Shown here: piece after piece, positions 10,609 through 20,425 of the stretch
Layout of the letters: the number at the start of each line of letters is the position of its first letter
Position numbering within the stretch: position 1 is the first letter of the stretch
Origin: Escherichia coli
GTDB lineage: Bacteria; Pseudomonadota; Gammaproteobacteria; Enterobacterales; Enterobacteriaceae
Assembly (NCBI RefSeq): GCF_003790525.1
Contig: NZ_CP033635.1
Reading direction: 5' to 3' (one strand)
Length of the DNA stretch: 64,000 nt
Notes under the pieces: model-generated
What the model was told of the DNA's origin: nothing
The model's input: only the letters and a program-made list of their open reading frames with translations
Databases searched by the model: none
Made by a program: the position numbers and the translations under genes

Positions 10609-11311
10609 GATGCCAGCGCAGCAAGTTTGCCATCGCAAAGAGATATTTTTCGCTGGCTTCGTCGGAGGAGATGGGTGGAAACTCTGCGGTGATGCAATGC
10701 AAGTTGAGATCTGCACACCAACTGCCGAAAGAGCCAGGTGTTTCATAACCGACGCTGGTTACCAGAGGCAATTCAAACGCCTGGGCCAGCCATTCACCTA
10801 ATTCGCTGTGTCTGGGATCTTCAATACAGGCCAGCGGATCGTGGAATGAGACCACCCAGGCAGGTTGAATGCGGTGTATAAGTTGGCACAGCGCCTGGGT
10901 TTCAGGTTCGGAGCCAGGTTTGCCACCTGTCAGTAAAACGACATCACGTTCTTCAGCGGCGCTGTTCCAGCGATAAACTGTTTCACCTTCCTTCCAGTTC
11001 GCTGCCGGAAAGTTTCGGTTTAAATCCACACCATTAGCATTGGCCCGTAACCCTAACTGGCAGCCGTCAGGATTCACACACAGCACCACATGATGGCGGC
11101 GCAAAGACGGTGTCAAAGTCCGCAGAGCACAGGAGAGCGTGACGATCGAAGAGTTTTCATCACCGTGAGTGCCAGCCAGAATCAAACCACTTTCGTGACT
11201 GGCTGCAGGGGCCGGAAACCAGATTAACGGCGCGCCCAATAATGAACGTCCGTAATGTTCTGTACCGGGCGGAAATGCGCCGCGTTCGGCGCGTGGGCGA
11301 GTTACGGTCAT
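10583..11311 (-). CDS. mpaA: Murein peptide amidase A (M14 carboxypeptidase-like gamma-D-Glu-Dap amidase)
   Basis: Zn-binding HGDE motif (AGTHGDENSS); start chosen at MTVTRPRAERG (242 aa), longer ORF to 11371 is possible. Confidence 0.85.
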   Translation of the reverse strand: MTVTRPRAERGAFPPGTEHYGRSLLGAPLIWFPAPAASHESGLILAGTHGDENSSIVTLSCALRTLTPSLRRHHVVLCVNPDGCQLGLRANANGVDLNRNFPAANWKEGETVYRWNSAAEERDVVLLTGGKPGSEPETQALCQLIHRIQPAWVVSFHDPLACIEDPRHSELGEWLAQAFELPLVTSVGYETPGSFGSWCADLNLHCITAEFPPISSDEASEKYLFAMANLLRWHPKDAIRPS

Positions 11312-11406
11312 GATCGTCTCTGGTTCAGGAAGTATTACAGGCAGTGTTGTGCAAATTTTGCGGATTATCAAATCCTTTTCTTCAACGCTATGTTATCGAT
11401 CTTGTA

Positions 11407-11436
11407 TCACTTTTTTGATGGAAGTTGTTTGTATTT
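11407..11436 (+). repeat. Direct repeat copy 1 (TCACTTTTTTGATGGAAGTTGTTTG[T/C]ATTT), about 75 bp upstream of mpaA
   Basis: 30 bp with one mismatch to second copy at 14518-14547. Confidence 0.6.
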
Positions 11437-11601
11437 TCATTGATGTGCAGATATTAGAATTGTCGTAATGTTATATACATGGCGTATTTTATTCTTACTG
11501 GTTCTACACATGTTAATCGCATCTGATTGATCAGTTCACCTTAATAAGTTTAATAAATCGTACTGCACATAGTACAGTACGATGGTAGCTATATAATTGA
11601 T

Positions 11602-12240
11602 TTACATGAAGAAGGGCTTATCACCATCAGTCCCGGGTTGATTGATGCCTATATTCTCACCAATGTGTTTCTCAGGTTTATCGATGATATCTGTGATTAA
11701 TGCTGCGACACTCTTACGTGATACGATCGTACCTTTGAATGGTTCATTGCGTGAGGTAAGCTCATAATCAATAATATCTTCATCAGTCAGCCAGGCAGGG
11801 CGAAGAATTGTATATTCCAGTCCAGAAGCCTCAATTGCATCCGCAGCCCTGCGGAATGGTTTTAGGGGTTCACCAATAACTGCATTATTCCATTCGCCAA
11901 ATTTTCCTGGAACTTCATCATAAATACCGAGGGAAAGAACAAAGATCAGACGTTTAACATCACAGGCTTTCATCGCAGCGATCACTGAATTTGCCTGAAT
12001 ATCTAAATCTTCCCCCGTAAGGTTGGCATACACAACATCCTGTCCCTGCATGGCCTGCTTCAGTGCTGCATGATTCAGTACATCCCCCATAATAATCTTG
12101 CTATTAGTTGGATAGGGTTTGTGGATTTTTGCTGGCTGACGGGCAAATAAAGTTTGTTTAATGGTTTGTTTATCTGCCAGTTGATTAATCACATGGCGGG
12201 CTATCTGACCGCCAGCACCAAGAATCAGTATATTTTTCAT
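11602..12240 (-). CDS. ymjC: NAD(P)-binding Rossmann-fold protein (NmrA/SDR-like), intact
   Basis: 212 aa; N-terminal MKNILILGAGGQIARH dinucleotide-binding motif; start overlaps stop of upstream small ORF. Confidence 0.8.
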   Translation of the reverse strand: MKNILILGAGGQIARHVINQLADKQTIKQTLFARQPAKIHKPYPTNSKIIMGDVLNHAALKQAMQGQDVVYANLTGEDLDIQANSVIAAMKACDVKRLIFVLSLGIYDEVPGKFGEWNNAVIGEPLKPFRRAADAIEASGLEYTILRPAWLTDEDIIDYELTSRNEPFKGTIVSRKSVAALITDIIDKPEKHIGENIGINQPGTDGDKPFFM

Positions 12241-12311
12241 GAAACTTTTCCCAGATTATTGGCAGCAATATGCCAGGCCATATCACTATTACGGATTTGA
12301 ATATGTTTCAT
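12237..12311 (-). CDS. ymjD: Small ORF (24 aa, MKHIQIRNSDMAWHIAANNLGKVS) translationally coupled between ycjY and ymjC
   Basis: Start ATG overlaps ycjY stop (TAATG) and stop TGA overlaps ymjC start (ATGA); not in ORF track because under 60 aa; name from recalled ycjY-ymjD-ymjC-mpaA operon. Confidence 0.5.
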   Translation of the reverse strand: MKHIQIRNSDMAWHIAANNLGKVS

Positions 12312-13243
12312 TACAGAGTTTCCTCAAAGAACGGAGCTAATACTGAAATTGCTTCAGCCACATAGACTTTGCCGTCATAAAGATCCATATGGTTTGCGCC
12401 TTCAACAATGTGATAGCGTTTATCCTTGCTTGATGCTCGATCGTACAGGTCGTCACTCATCCATTTGCTCCCAGCCTGGCTGCCCGCCACAATCTGTATC
12501 GGCTGAGTCAGGTACACTTCCGCCATATGGTAAGCATCATAGGTAATAATCTGGTTAAGGCTGCGCAAAGTAGCGTAACCCGGTGCTGTTGGATACTGCG
12601 CGCGAGGGGTGTGGTAATACTCCCAGGCCTGACGCAGTTCTTCGTTCGGCGCATCGGACTCCTTCATTGGTGCCAGTGGCATAGTGGCGTATTCTCCGCT
12701 GCTAATATCGCTGGTTCGGGCGTCTGAACCCGCGTCAACGTATGGTAGGGCATCAATAGATTTCACATTGTTTTCCCAACCATTACGGAACATCGAACCA
12801 ATATTGACCGCACTAACAGTACCGATGGCCTTGATGCGGCGATCCTGAATTGCAGCATTGGCTGTATATCCTGCTCCGGCACAAATTCCCATCGCACCAA
12901 TTCGGGTATTGTCGACATAAGAAAGCGTTGTCAGGTAATCAATCACGGCACTGACGTCTTCAGTACGAATGTATGGGTTTTCTAACTGACGCGGCTCGCC
13001 GCCGCTTTCACCTTGATAAGATGCGTCATAAGCAATAGTGACAAATCCCTTTTCCGCCAGTTTTTCGGCATAGGTTCCGGCCGTTTGCTCTTTAACGCCC
13101 CCACCTGGGTGAGATACCACAATTACCGGATACTGACGGGTTTCATCAAATTTTGGAGGGAAATAGATCACTGCAGACAAAGAGATGGTTGGATTATTGC
13201 TGTTAGTGAAGCTGACTTTATTATTCATCATTCCGTTCCTCAT
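12311..13243 (-). CDS. ycjY: Alpha/beta hydrolase (dienelactone-hydrolase-like, Cys nucleophile)
   Basis: 310 aa; nucleophile elbow G-I-C-A-G (GxCxG) in IGAMGICAGAGY. Confidence 0.88.
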   Translation of the reverse strand: MRNGMMNNKVSFTNSNNPTISLSAVIYFPPKFDETRQYPVIVVSHPGGGVKEQTAGTYAEKLAEKGFVTIAYDASYQGESGGEPRQLENPYIRTEDVSAVIDYLTTLSYVDNTRIGAMGICAGAGYTANAAIQDRRIKAIGTVSAVNIGSMFRNGWENNVKSIDALPYVDAGSDARTSDISSGEYATMPLAPMKESDAPNEELRQAWEYYHTPRAQYPTAPGYATLRSLNQIITYDAYHMAEVYLTQPIQIVAGSQAGSKWMSDDLYDRASSKDKRYHIVEGANHMDLYDGKVYVAEAISVLAPFFEETL

Positions 13244-13301
13244 GGAGTTGTCGGTTCGTTTTAACGGTTGGTGATATCACTATAGATATTGATCATTAAG
13301 T

Positions 13302-13350
13302 TGATTAGACCCAAAATCATGATTAGACCTATCATTTAAATGATTAATAG
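13302..13350. promoter_or_regulatory. Candidate operator repeats in divergent ycjY/pgrR promoter region
   Basis: TGATTAGACC at 13302 and 13320 plus TGATTAATAG at 13341, spaced about 18-21 bp, between divergent starts. Confidence 0.35.
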
Positions 13351-13368
13351 ATTGTATGGAGATACTGA

Positions 13369-14268
13369 ATGAAGCGTGAAGAAATCGCTGATCTGATGGC
13401 GTTTGTCGTTGTTGCAGAGGAGCGTAGCTTCACTCGCGCAGCAGCCCGCCTGAGCATGGCGCAGTCAGCTTTAAGCCAGATAGTGCGCCGTATAGAAGAA
13501 CGATTGGGATTGCGGCTTCTGACGCGAACCACGCGCAGCGTTGTACCCACTGAAGCGGGCGAGCATCTTTTGTCTGTTCTTGGCCCTATGTTGCATGACA
13601 TAGATTCTGCCCTGACATCCCTGAGCGATCTGCAGAACCGCCCATCCGGGACAATACGTATTACTACTGTAGAACATGCAGCAAAAACGATATTGTTACC
13701 AGCTATGCGCACATTCCTGAAATCGCATCCTGAAATTGATATTCAGCTTACCATTGATTATGGTTTGACCGATGTCGTTTCTGAACGTTTTGATGCAGGC
13801 GTCCGTCTGGGTGGGGAGATGGATAAAGATATGATCGCCATTCGAATCGGGCCAGACATACCAATGGCTATTGTTGGCTCACCGGATTATTTTTCTCGTC
13901 GAAGTGCTCCAACGTCAGTGTCACAATTAATAGATCATCAGGCAATTAATTTGTATCTTCCCACATCGGGTACAGCAAATCGCTGGAGATTAATACGCGG
14001 TGGACGTGAAGTTCGTGTTCGCATGGAAGGTCAGCTTTTACTGAATACGATAGACCTGATCATTGATGCTGCAATTGATGGGCATGGATTGGCGTATCTA
14101 CCTTATGATCAGGTTGAGCGGGCTATTAAAGAAAAAAAACTGATACGTGTTTTGGATAAATTCACACCAGATTTACCCGGTTATCACCTGTACTATCCAC
14201 ACCGTCGACATGCTGGCTCGGCATTCTCATTATTTATAGATAGGCTGAAGTATAAAGGTGCTGTTTAG
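13369..14268 (+). CDS. pgrR: LysR-family transcriptional regulator (peptidoglycan recycling regulator)
   Basis: 299 aa; N-terminal LysR HTH (MAFVVVAEERSFTRAAARLSMAQSALSQ). Confidence 0.9.
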   Translation: MKREEIADLMAFVVVAEERSFTRAAARLSMAQSALSQIVRRIEERLGLRLLTRTTRSVVPTEAGEHLLSVLGPMLHDIDSALTSLSDLQNRPSGTIRITTVEHAAKTILLPAMRTFLKSHPEIDIQLTIDYGLTDVVSERFDAGVRLGGEMDKDMIAIRIGPDIPMAIVGSPDYFSRRSAPTSVSQLIDHQAINLYLPTSGTANRWRLIRGGREVRVRMEGQLLLNTIDLIIDAAIDGHGLAYLPYDQVERAIKEKKLIRVLDKFTPDLPGYHLYYPHRRHAGSAFSLFIDRLKYKGAV

Positions 14269-14517
14269 CACTACTTGCTGATACATTAATTTAATTCTTC
14301 TCTTAACGTATTCTCAGTTCCTTTCAACGTTTTGGTTATTTTTTATTCTTCGCACAATGGCGACAGATGCTGATTATGATACCGAAAACGGGTTTGAACG
14401 TGCGAAGCCCGAACGTAGTGTTCGGAGTTCTATGTGCTTTACCGCATTTTGGAGACTATTATTTACACTAAATCTGATTTGATATATTGATACTTAAAAC
14501 ATTTGATGCTTCCTTTG

Positions 14518-14547
14518 TCACTTTTTTGATGGAAGTTGTTTGCATTT
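14518..14547 (+). repeat. Direct repeat copy 2 (TCACTTTTTTGATGGAAGTTGTTTGCATTT), about 60 bp upstream of mppA
   Basis: Matches copy 1 at 11407-11436. Confidence 0.6.
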
Positions 14548-14604
14548 CTTTAAGGCGAAACAAATAATTACGCATCAATTTTAATGTCGGTTAGAGGGAA
14601 ACTT

Positions 14605-16218
14605 ATGAAGCACTCTGTTTCAGTCACGTGTTGTGTGCTGTTGGTCAGCAGCATTTCTCTTTCGTATGCTGCTGAAGTTCCGAGCGGCACAGTACTGGCA
14701 GAGAAGCAGGAGCTGGTGCGCCACATTAAAGATGAGCCAGCGTCGCTGGATCCCGCTAAAGCCGTGGGCCTGCCGGAGATTCAGGTCATTCGCGATCTGT
14801 TTGAAGGACTGGTGAATCAGAACGAGAAAGGGGAGATTGTCCCCGGCGTTGCGACTCAGTGGAAAAGTAATGACAGCCGTATCTGGACTTTTACCCTGCG
14901 CGATAACGCAAAATGGGCGGATGGCACACCGGTAACGGCGCAAGATTTTGTCTACAGCTGGCAACGTCTGGTGGACCCGAAAACGCTATCGCCATTTGCA
15001 TGGTTTGCCGCGCTGGCGGGAATCAACAACGCACAGGCGATTATTGATGGTAAAGCCACGCCTGACCAGCTTGGCGTCACCGCAGTTGATGCCCATACTT
15101 TGAAAATCCAGCTTGATAAACCATTGCCGTGGTTTGTGAATTTAACCGCTAACTTTGCCTTCTTCCCGGTGCAAAAAGCCAACGTAGAAAGCAGTAAAGA
15201 GTGGACGAAACCCGGAAATCTGATCGGCAATGGCGCTTATGTTCTTAAAGAGCGCGTAGTCAATGAAAAACTGGTCGTAGTGCCGAATACCCATTATTGG
15301 GATAACGCCAAAACGGTACTGCAAAAAGTGACCTTCCTGCCAATTAATCAGGAATCCGCAGCCACTAAGCGTTATCTCGCGGGGGATATTGATATCACCG
15401 AATCCTTCCCGAAAAATATGTATCAGAAGTTGTTGAAGGATATTCCGGGGCAGGTTTATACGCCGCCGCAGCTCGGGACCTATTATTATGCGTTTAACAC
15501 GCAAAAAGGGCCGACGGCAGATCAGCGCGTTCGCCTGGCATTAAGTATGACGATAGATCGCCGCCTGATGACCGAAAAAGTGTTGGGGACGGGCGAAAAG
15601 CCAGCGTGGCATTTTACACCAGATGTTACCGCGGGATTTACGCCGGAACCTTCGCCGTTTGAACAAATGAGTCAGGAAGAACTGAATGCGCAGGCAAAAA
15701 CTTTGTTGAGCGCAGCTGGTTATGGTCCGCAAAAACCGCTGAAGTTGACGCTTTTGTATAACACTTCAGAAAACCATCAAAAAATTGCGATTGCTGTAGC
15801 ATCGATGTGGAAAAAGAACCTGGGCGTAGATGTTAAATTGCAAAACCAGGAATGGAAAACCTATATCGATAGCCGTAATACCGGCAATTTTGATGTTATC
15901 CGCGCCTCGTGGGTAGGGGATTATAATGACCCCTCCACTTTCCTGACATTATTAACGTCAACGCATTCCGGGAATATTTCACGCTTTAACAATCCGGCAT
16001 ATGACAAAGTTCTGGCCCAGGCATCGACGGAAAATACCGTTAAAGCGCGTAATGCCGATTACAACGCGGCAGAAAAAATCCTCATGGAGCAAGCACCGAT
16101 TGCACCAATTTATCAATATACCAATGGACGATTAATCAAGCCGTGGCTGAAAGGTTATCCCATTAATAACCCTGAAGATGTGGCGTACAGTCGGACTATG
16201 TATATTGTGAAGCATTGA
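14605..16218 (+). CDS. mppA: Periplasmic murein tripeptide-binding protein (OppA paralogue, SBP family 5)
   Basis: 537 aa from MKHSVSVTCCVLLVSSISLSYA signal peptide. Confidence 0.9.
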   Translation: MKHSVSVTCCVLLVSSISLSYAAEVPSGTVLAEKQELVRHIKDEPASLDPAKAVGLPEIQVIRDLFEGLVNQNEKGEIVPGVATQWKSNDSRIWTFTLRDNAKWADGTPVTAQDFVYSWQRLVDPKTLSPFAWFAALAGINNAQAIIDGKATPDQLGVTAVDAHTLKIQLDKPLPWFVNLTANFAFFPVQKANVESSKEWTKPGNLIGNGAYVLKERVVNEKLVVVPNTHYWDNAKTVLQKVTFLPINQESAATKRYLAGDIDITESFPKNMYQKLLKDIPGQVYTPPQLGTYYYAFNTQKGPTADQRVRLALSMTIDRRLMTEKVLGTGEKPAWHFTPDVTAGFTPEPSPFEQMSQEELNAQAKTLLSAAGYGPQKPLKLTLLYNTSENHQKIAIAVASMWKKNLGVDVKLQNQEWKTYIDSRNTGNFDVIRASWVGDYNDPSTFLTLLTSTHSGNISRFNNPAYDKVLAQASTENTVKARNADYNAAEKILMEQAPIAPIYQYTNGRLIKPWLKGYPINNPEDVAYSRTMYIVKH

Positions 16219-16229
16219 TGTGATGGGAA

Positions 16230-16257
16230 CTGGCGTTACCCTTGTGGATAACGCCAG
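16230..16257. terminator. Hairpin between convergent mppA and ynaI
   Basis: CTGGCGTTA / TAACGCCAG 9-bp stem; no strong U-tract. Confidence 0.4.
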
Positions 16258-16268
16258 TGATGTCTGAT

Positions 16269-17300
16269 TTAGCGACCCTGGTCCGGCGGTGTAATGTTAT
16301 CCATATACAGCGTCTGGCTGGGGAAGGCAAAGTCCGCACCGTGTGACTGTACAATATCGATAATCTTCAAATAAACGTCTTGCTGTGCAGCAAGCCACTC
16401 AGCCCATACCGTGGTTTTGGTAAAGCAATAAACCATAATATTTAATGACGAATCAGCAAACTGGTTGAAATAAACCAGTAAGGTTTGTCGCTGGTCGATG
16501 GCCGGGTGATTTTTCAGCATCTCACGTACGGCTTCGACAATAACGCCCACTTTTGCCGCATCCTCATAACGTAAACCAATGGTCGTGGTAATGCGCCGGT
16601 TGGTCATTCGTCCAGGATTTTCTACGCTGATCGACGAAAACAGCGAGTTCGGTACGTACAATGGACGATTATCAAAGGTCTTAATTTTGGTAATTCGCCA
16701 GCCAATTTCCGCTACTGTACCTTCGATATTTCTGTCCGGTGAACGGATCCAGTCGCCAATACTGAAAGGACGGTCGAAATAGAGCATAATCCCGGAAAAG
16801 AAGTTACTCAGAATATCTTTACCGGCCATACCGACAGCCAGACCACCAATACCACCAAAGGTCAACAAGCCAGAAAGGCTCATGCCGAAATGTTCGCCAT
16901 AAAGCAGAACAAGCACCACAATAATGGTGATTTTGATAATGCGCGACATGATCCGCGCACTGGTGATATCGCGACCTTTTTTAATCTGCTGTTTTTCAAA
17001 CTGATTAATCAGCAGAAATAGCTTAATCGTCAGAATAACCGCAATCAGGGACGTACAGATAAAATCGATAACGCCTGGGGTGATAAATTTGAGTTTATAG
17101 TTTTCTATAACATAGTTAATGATGCTACCAACAGCACTAATAATTATGGTGTAGATTAAAAATTGCACCGCATGGAATAAAAATCCTTTTCTTTTACGAT
17201 TTCCACGGCGAAACCAAAAGCTCATCAGAATCAATGCTGCGCAGCTACCGAAAATAATGACCAGATTAAGCGCATTATTTGTAAACAGTTCAGCGATCAT
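16269..17300 (-). CDS. ynaI: MscS-family mechanosensitive channel
   Basis: 343 aa; N-terminal TM helices plus MscS beta-domain. Confidence 0.9.
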   Translation of the reverse strand: MIAELFTNNALNLVIIFGSCAALILMSFWFRRGNRKRKGFLFHAVQFLIYTIIISAVGSIINYVIENYKLKFITPGVIDFICTSLIAVILTIKLFLLINQFEKQQIKKGRDITSARIMSRIIKITIIVVLVLLYGEHFGMSLSGLLTFGGIGGLAVGMAGKDILSNFFSGIMLYFDRPFSIGDWIRSPDRNIEGTVAEIGWRITKIKTFDNRPLYVPNSLFSSISVENPGRMTNRRITTTIGLRYEDAAKVGVIVEAVREMLKNHPAIDQRQTLLVYFNQFADSSLNIMVYCFTKTTVWAEWLAAQQDVYLKIIDIVQSHGADFAFPSQTLYMDNITPPDQGR

Positions 17301-17543
17301 TGTTTTATCAGGCTCCTCCAGATAATTGTCGTCATGCCGGAAACCCCTGGCGGGGCTATTTTACCGCGACAATTCATTCAGATCATCAATAGTCAGGGAA
17401 GTAAGTAGCAACATTAGCTAACAAATCAATGCATTGATTGTAAATCCAGCTAAGAGGTGAGGTTTTCAGAGCAGACAAGAGTGAAATGTCATGGTATTGT
17501 TACGTTTAGGTAACAAGAAATTTGTCTGCACAAGGATTACATC

Positions 17544-17801
17544 ATGATTATGGCGAAACTGAAGTCAGCGAAAGGGAAGAAATTTCTCTTTGGTTTGTTG
17601 GCGGTTTTCATTATTGCGGCGTCGGTTGTGACTCGCGCGACCATCGGCGGCGTTATAGAACAGTACAATATTCCGCTGTCTGAGTGGACGACATCAATGT
17701 ATGTGATTCAGTCATCGATGATTTTTGTTTATAGCCTGGTCTTTACTGTGTTGCTGGCAATCCCGTTGGGAATTTATTTCCTTGGCGGCGAAGAGCAGTA
17801 A
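17544..17801 (+). CDS. ynaJ: Small inner-membrane protein (DUF2534)
   Basis: 85 aa; two predicted TM segments; RBS AAGGA. Confidence 0.85.
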   Translation: MIMAKLKSAKGKKFLFGLLAVFIIAASVVTRATIGGVIEQYNIPLSEWTTSMYVIQSSMIFVYSLVFTVLLAIPLGIYFLGGEEQ

Positions 17802-17802
17802 G

Positions 17803-17830
17803 TAAAAAATAGGCCCGATAACTCGGGCCT
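17803..17830 (-). terminator. Rho-independent terminator of uspE (shared with ynaJ)
   Basis: AGGCCCG / CGGGCCT stem followed on minus strand by TTTTTT. Confidence 0.6.
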
Positions 17831-17850
17831 TGTCAGTTATTGAAGAGTCG

Positions 17851-18801
17851 TTAATCGTCTTCTTCGTCATCCAGTTCAACGGGTGTCTGATACTGGTCAG
17901 GTTTAATGACCAGCAGGTCGCAGCGAAGATGATCAATCACCTGTTCCGCCGTGTTGCCAAGGAATGCTGCTGAAATACCGGTGCGTCCGACCGTGCCCAG
18001 AACCACAATCCCCGCCTGTAAATGCTCCGCCAAATCAGGAATCACCTCTTCTGGCAGACCTTTTTCTACGTGCGTCATGTTTTCATTAATGCCGAATTTC
18101 TGCCGCAGGGCTTTCATTGCCAGCAAATGTTGCCCACGAATGGCATCGTTATAAACGCTCGGATCAAATTCCGGCAGTTCAATCGCGATATTAATTGGCG
18201 TTACCGGATAAGCGCCAACCAGATGAACTTCGGTATGGTTGACTTGTTCCGCCAGTTCGATCGTCTCTTTGACCAGTTTTTCATTGAGCGCATTATGGTA
18301 CGGTTCTTCACTGGCGAGATTCACCGCCACCAGCGCCTTACCCCCTTCCGGCCACGGCTGGTCTTTCACCATCCACACGGGGCTTGGGCATTTGCGTAAC
18401 AGATGCCAGTCCGTTGGCGTAAAAATCACCGCTTCCAGACGGTCATGTTGGTGCGCCATTTTTAGCACCAAATCGTGCCCGCCGCTGATCACTTCCTGAA
18501 TGATGGCTTCGAAAGGACGGTTATGCCAGACCACTTTAATTTCAATGGGAACGCCAGCATTGAGATAATATTTTGCCTGCTCGTGGATCCAGGCTGTACG
18601 CTGGCTGATGACGCCCTGACGCATAGCGGTACGTTCGTCCGGAGAGAGCAGGGTGGTCATTTCGTATGAGAAGTCATAGATCGGCAAAAAGGCTTTAATT
18701 TTGCCACCAATCCGTTGATGTAAATAAACAGCTCGCCGCAATGCTGGTTGGTCGTCCTGGTTAGGATCGATAACAACGAGCATGTTCTGATACATAGCCA
18801 T
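17851..18801 (-). CDS. uspE: Tandem-domain universal stress protein E
   Basis: 316 aa from [17 protein letters not shown]; two Usp domains. Confidence 0.9.
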   Translation of the reverse strand: MAMYQNMLVVIDPNQDDQPALRRAVYLHQRIGGKIKAFLPIYDFSYEMTTLLSPDERTAMRQGVISQRTAWIHEQAKYYLNAGVPIEIKVVWHNRPFEAIIQEVISGGHDLVLKMAHQHDRLEAVIFTPTDWHLLRKCPSPVWMVKDQPWPEGGKALVAVNLASEEPYHNALNEKLVKETIELAEQVNHTEVHLVGAYPVTPINIAIELPEFDPSVYNDAIRGQHLLAMKALRQKFGINENMTHVEKGLPEEVIPDLAEHLQAGIVVLGTVGRTGISAAFLGNTAEQVIDHLRCDLLVIKPDQYQTPVELDDEEDD

Positions 18802-18952
18802 ACAGGGTCTCCTTACAACAACTGTCAACGCAGTTTGTAATTAAAAGATTAACCCATATCTGGTGAATGAAACAGTGATGAACCTTCTGTCAGATCAATA
18901 AATCAGAAAAATTTAATGATATGACAGAAGGATAGTGAGTTATGCGGAAGAA

Positions 18953-19705
18953 TCAGGCAACGTTACGCGTGTGACCAGCAAGCTGGGCCAGCGCATCGTT
19001 ATTTTCGATGGTGATGTATTTACCTTTGACTGCCAGCATACCGCTTTTCTGGAAGCGGCCCAGCAGACGGCTGATGGTTTCAACCGTCAGGCCCAGATAG
19101 TTACCGATATCACCACGAGTCATCGTCAGGCGGAATTCACGAGGGGAGAAGCCGCGTTGGGCAAAACGACGGGACAGGTTGTAGATGAATGCAGCCAGAC
19201 GTTCCTCGGCATTTTTCTTCGACAACAGCAGGATCATGTCCTGATCGCCTTTGATTTCACCGCTCATCAGACGCATCATCTGCTGACGCAGATTCGGCAT
19301 TTTACCGGACAAATCGTCCAGCGTTTCGAACGGGATTTCACATACCATCGAGGTTTCCAGCGCCTGAGCGAAGCTCGGGTGATGACCGCTGCCGATAGCG
19401 TCAAATCCCACCAGGTCGCCTGCTAAATGGAAACCAGTGATTTGCTCGTCGCCTTGCTCAGTGATGGTATAACTTTTAATCGTACCGGAGCGGATGGCAT
19501 AAAGCGATTTAAGTTCATCACCAGCCTTAAACAGCGTCTGGCCTTTCTGAATAGGCTTCTTCCGCTCAATGATATTATCAAGCTGATCAAGCTCATGTTC
19601 GTTGAGTGTGAACGGGATGCAAAGCTGGCTGATGCTGCAATCCTGGCAATGGATAGCACAACCGCCAGACTGAATGCGCCGTATAATTCGCTTTTCCGGG
19701 ATCAT
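18953..19705 (-). CDS. fnr: Fumarate/nitrate reduction regulator FNR (CRP family, Fe-S)
   Basis: 250 aa from [29 protein letters not shown]; N-terminal Cys cluster; C-terminal HTH. Confidence 0.93.
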
Positions 19706-19724
19706 AGGTCTGCTCAAGCCGTAA

Positions 19725-19738
19725 TTGATATTTGTCAA
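19725..19738. promoter_or_regulatory. FNR-box-like site in fnr promoter/leader
   Basis: TTGAT-ATTT-GTCAA, one mismatch to TTGAT-N4-ATCAA, 20-33 bp upstream of fnr start. Confidence 0.45.
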
Positions 19739-19899
19739 TTTTAACATCTTTTTAGGGAGCAAGTAAGTCTAAGCAAACCTTAACAGCAGAGAATTCCGAT
19801 ATTAGATGTAAATATATGTCTATCTATTTGAAAACCCTTAAGTTGTTAAGGGTAACTTTACATAAAAGTGTGAACAAGCTGGCACAAATTGTTTAATGT

Positions 19900-20415
19900 T
19901 TACAGCAAAAGATAACCTTCGTGGCGCAATAACCACTCTTTTCGCTGAACTCCGCCTGCATATCCGGTCATGGTACCGTTTCTGCCAATGACCCGATGAC
20001 AAGGCACAACAATGCTGATGGGATTCGATCCATTTGCCGCACCTACGGCACGCGCCGCACCGGGGCGGCCCAATTGTTCAGCCAGTTGGCCGTAATGCAT
20101 TACCTGCCCGCAGGGGATTGTGCGTAATGTTTTCCAGACTTCGCGCTGAAATGGCGTCCCCCCCGTGGCAGTGGGAAGCGTATCAATAATGCTAAGATTA
20201 CCGGCAAAATATTCACGAAGCTTGTCGCTTAAACCACCTGGGTTGGTGGCAGAAATGCGCTCATAGCCTTCTTTGCGATAATGGATGTCCAGCAGCTGCA
20301 CCATGCGTTCGCTGTACTCTTCCCATTCAACCGCCCGCAGGCGAAATTGCTCATCGCAAATCACCCACAGTGGACCCAGTGGCGTGACAATTTTTTCTTC
20401 AAGTAATCTCAGCAT
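19900..20415 (-). CDS. ogt: O6-alkylguanine-DNA methyltransferase
   Basis: 171 aa; active-site PCHRV ([10 protein letters not shown]). Confidence 0.92.
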   Translation of the reverse strand: MLRLLEEKIVTPLGPLWVICDEQFRLRAVEWEEYSERMVQLLDIHYRKEGYERISATNPGGLSDKLREYFAGNLSIIDTLPTATGGTPFQREVWKTLRTIPCGQVMHYGQLAEQLGRPGAARAVGAANGSNPISIVVPCHRVIGRNGTMTGYAGGVQRKEWLLRHEGYLLL

Positions 20416-20425
20416 CCGTTCTCTC

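Noticed and set aside
14357-14482. 41-codon ORF (MATDADYDTENGFERAKPERSVRSS...) in the pgrR-mppA intergenic region
   Set aside because: No Shine-Dalgarno sequence upstream and no compositional or coupling support; treated as a chance ORF.
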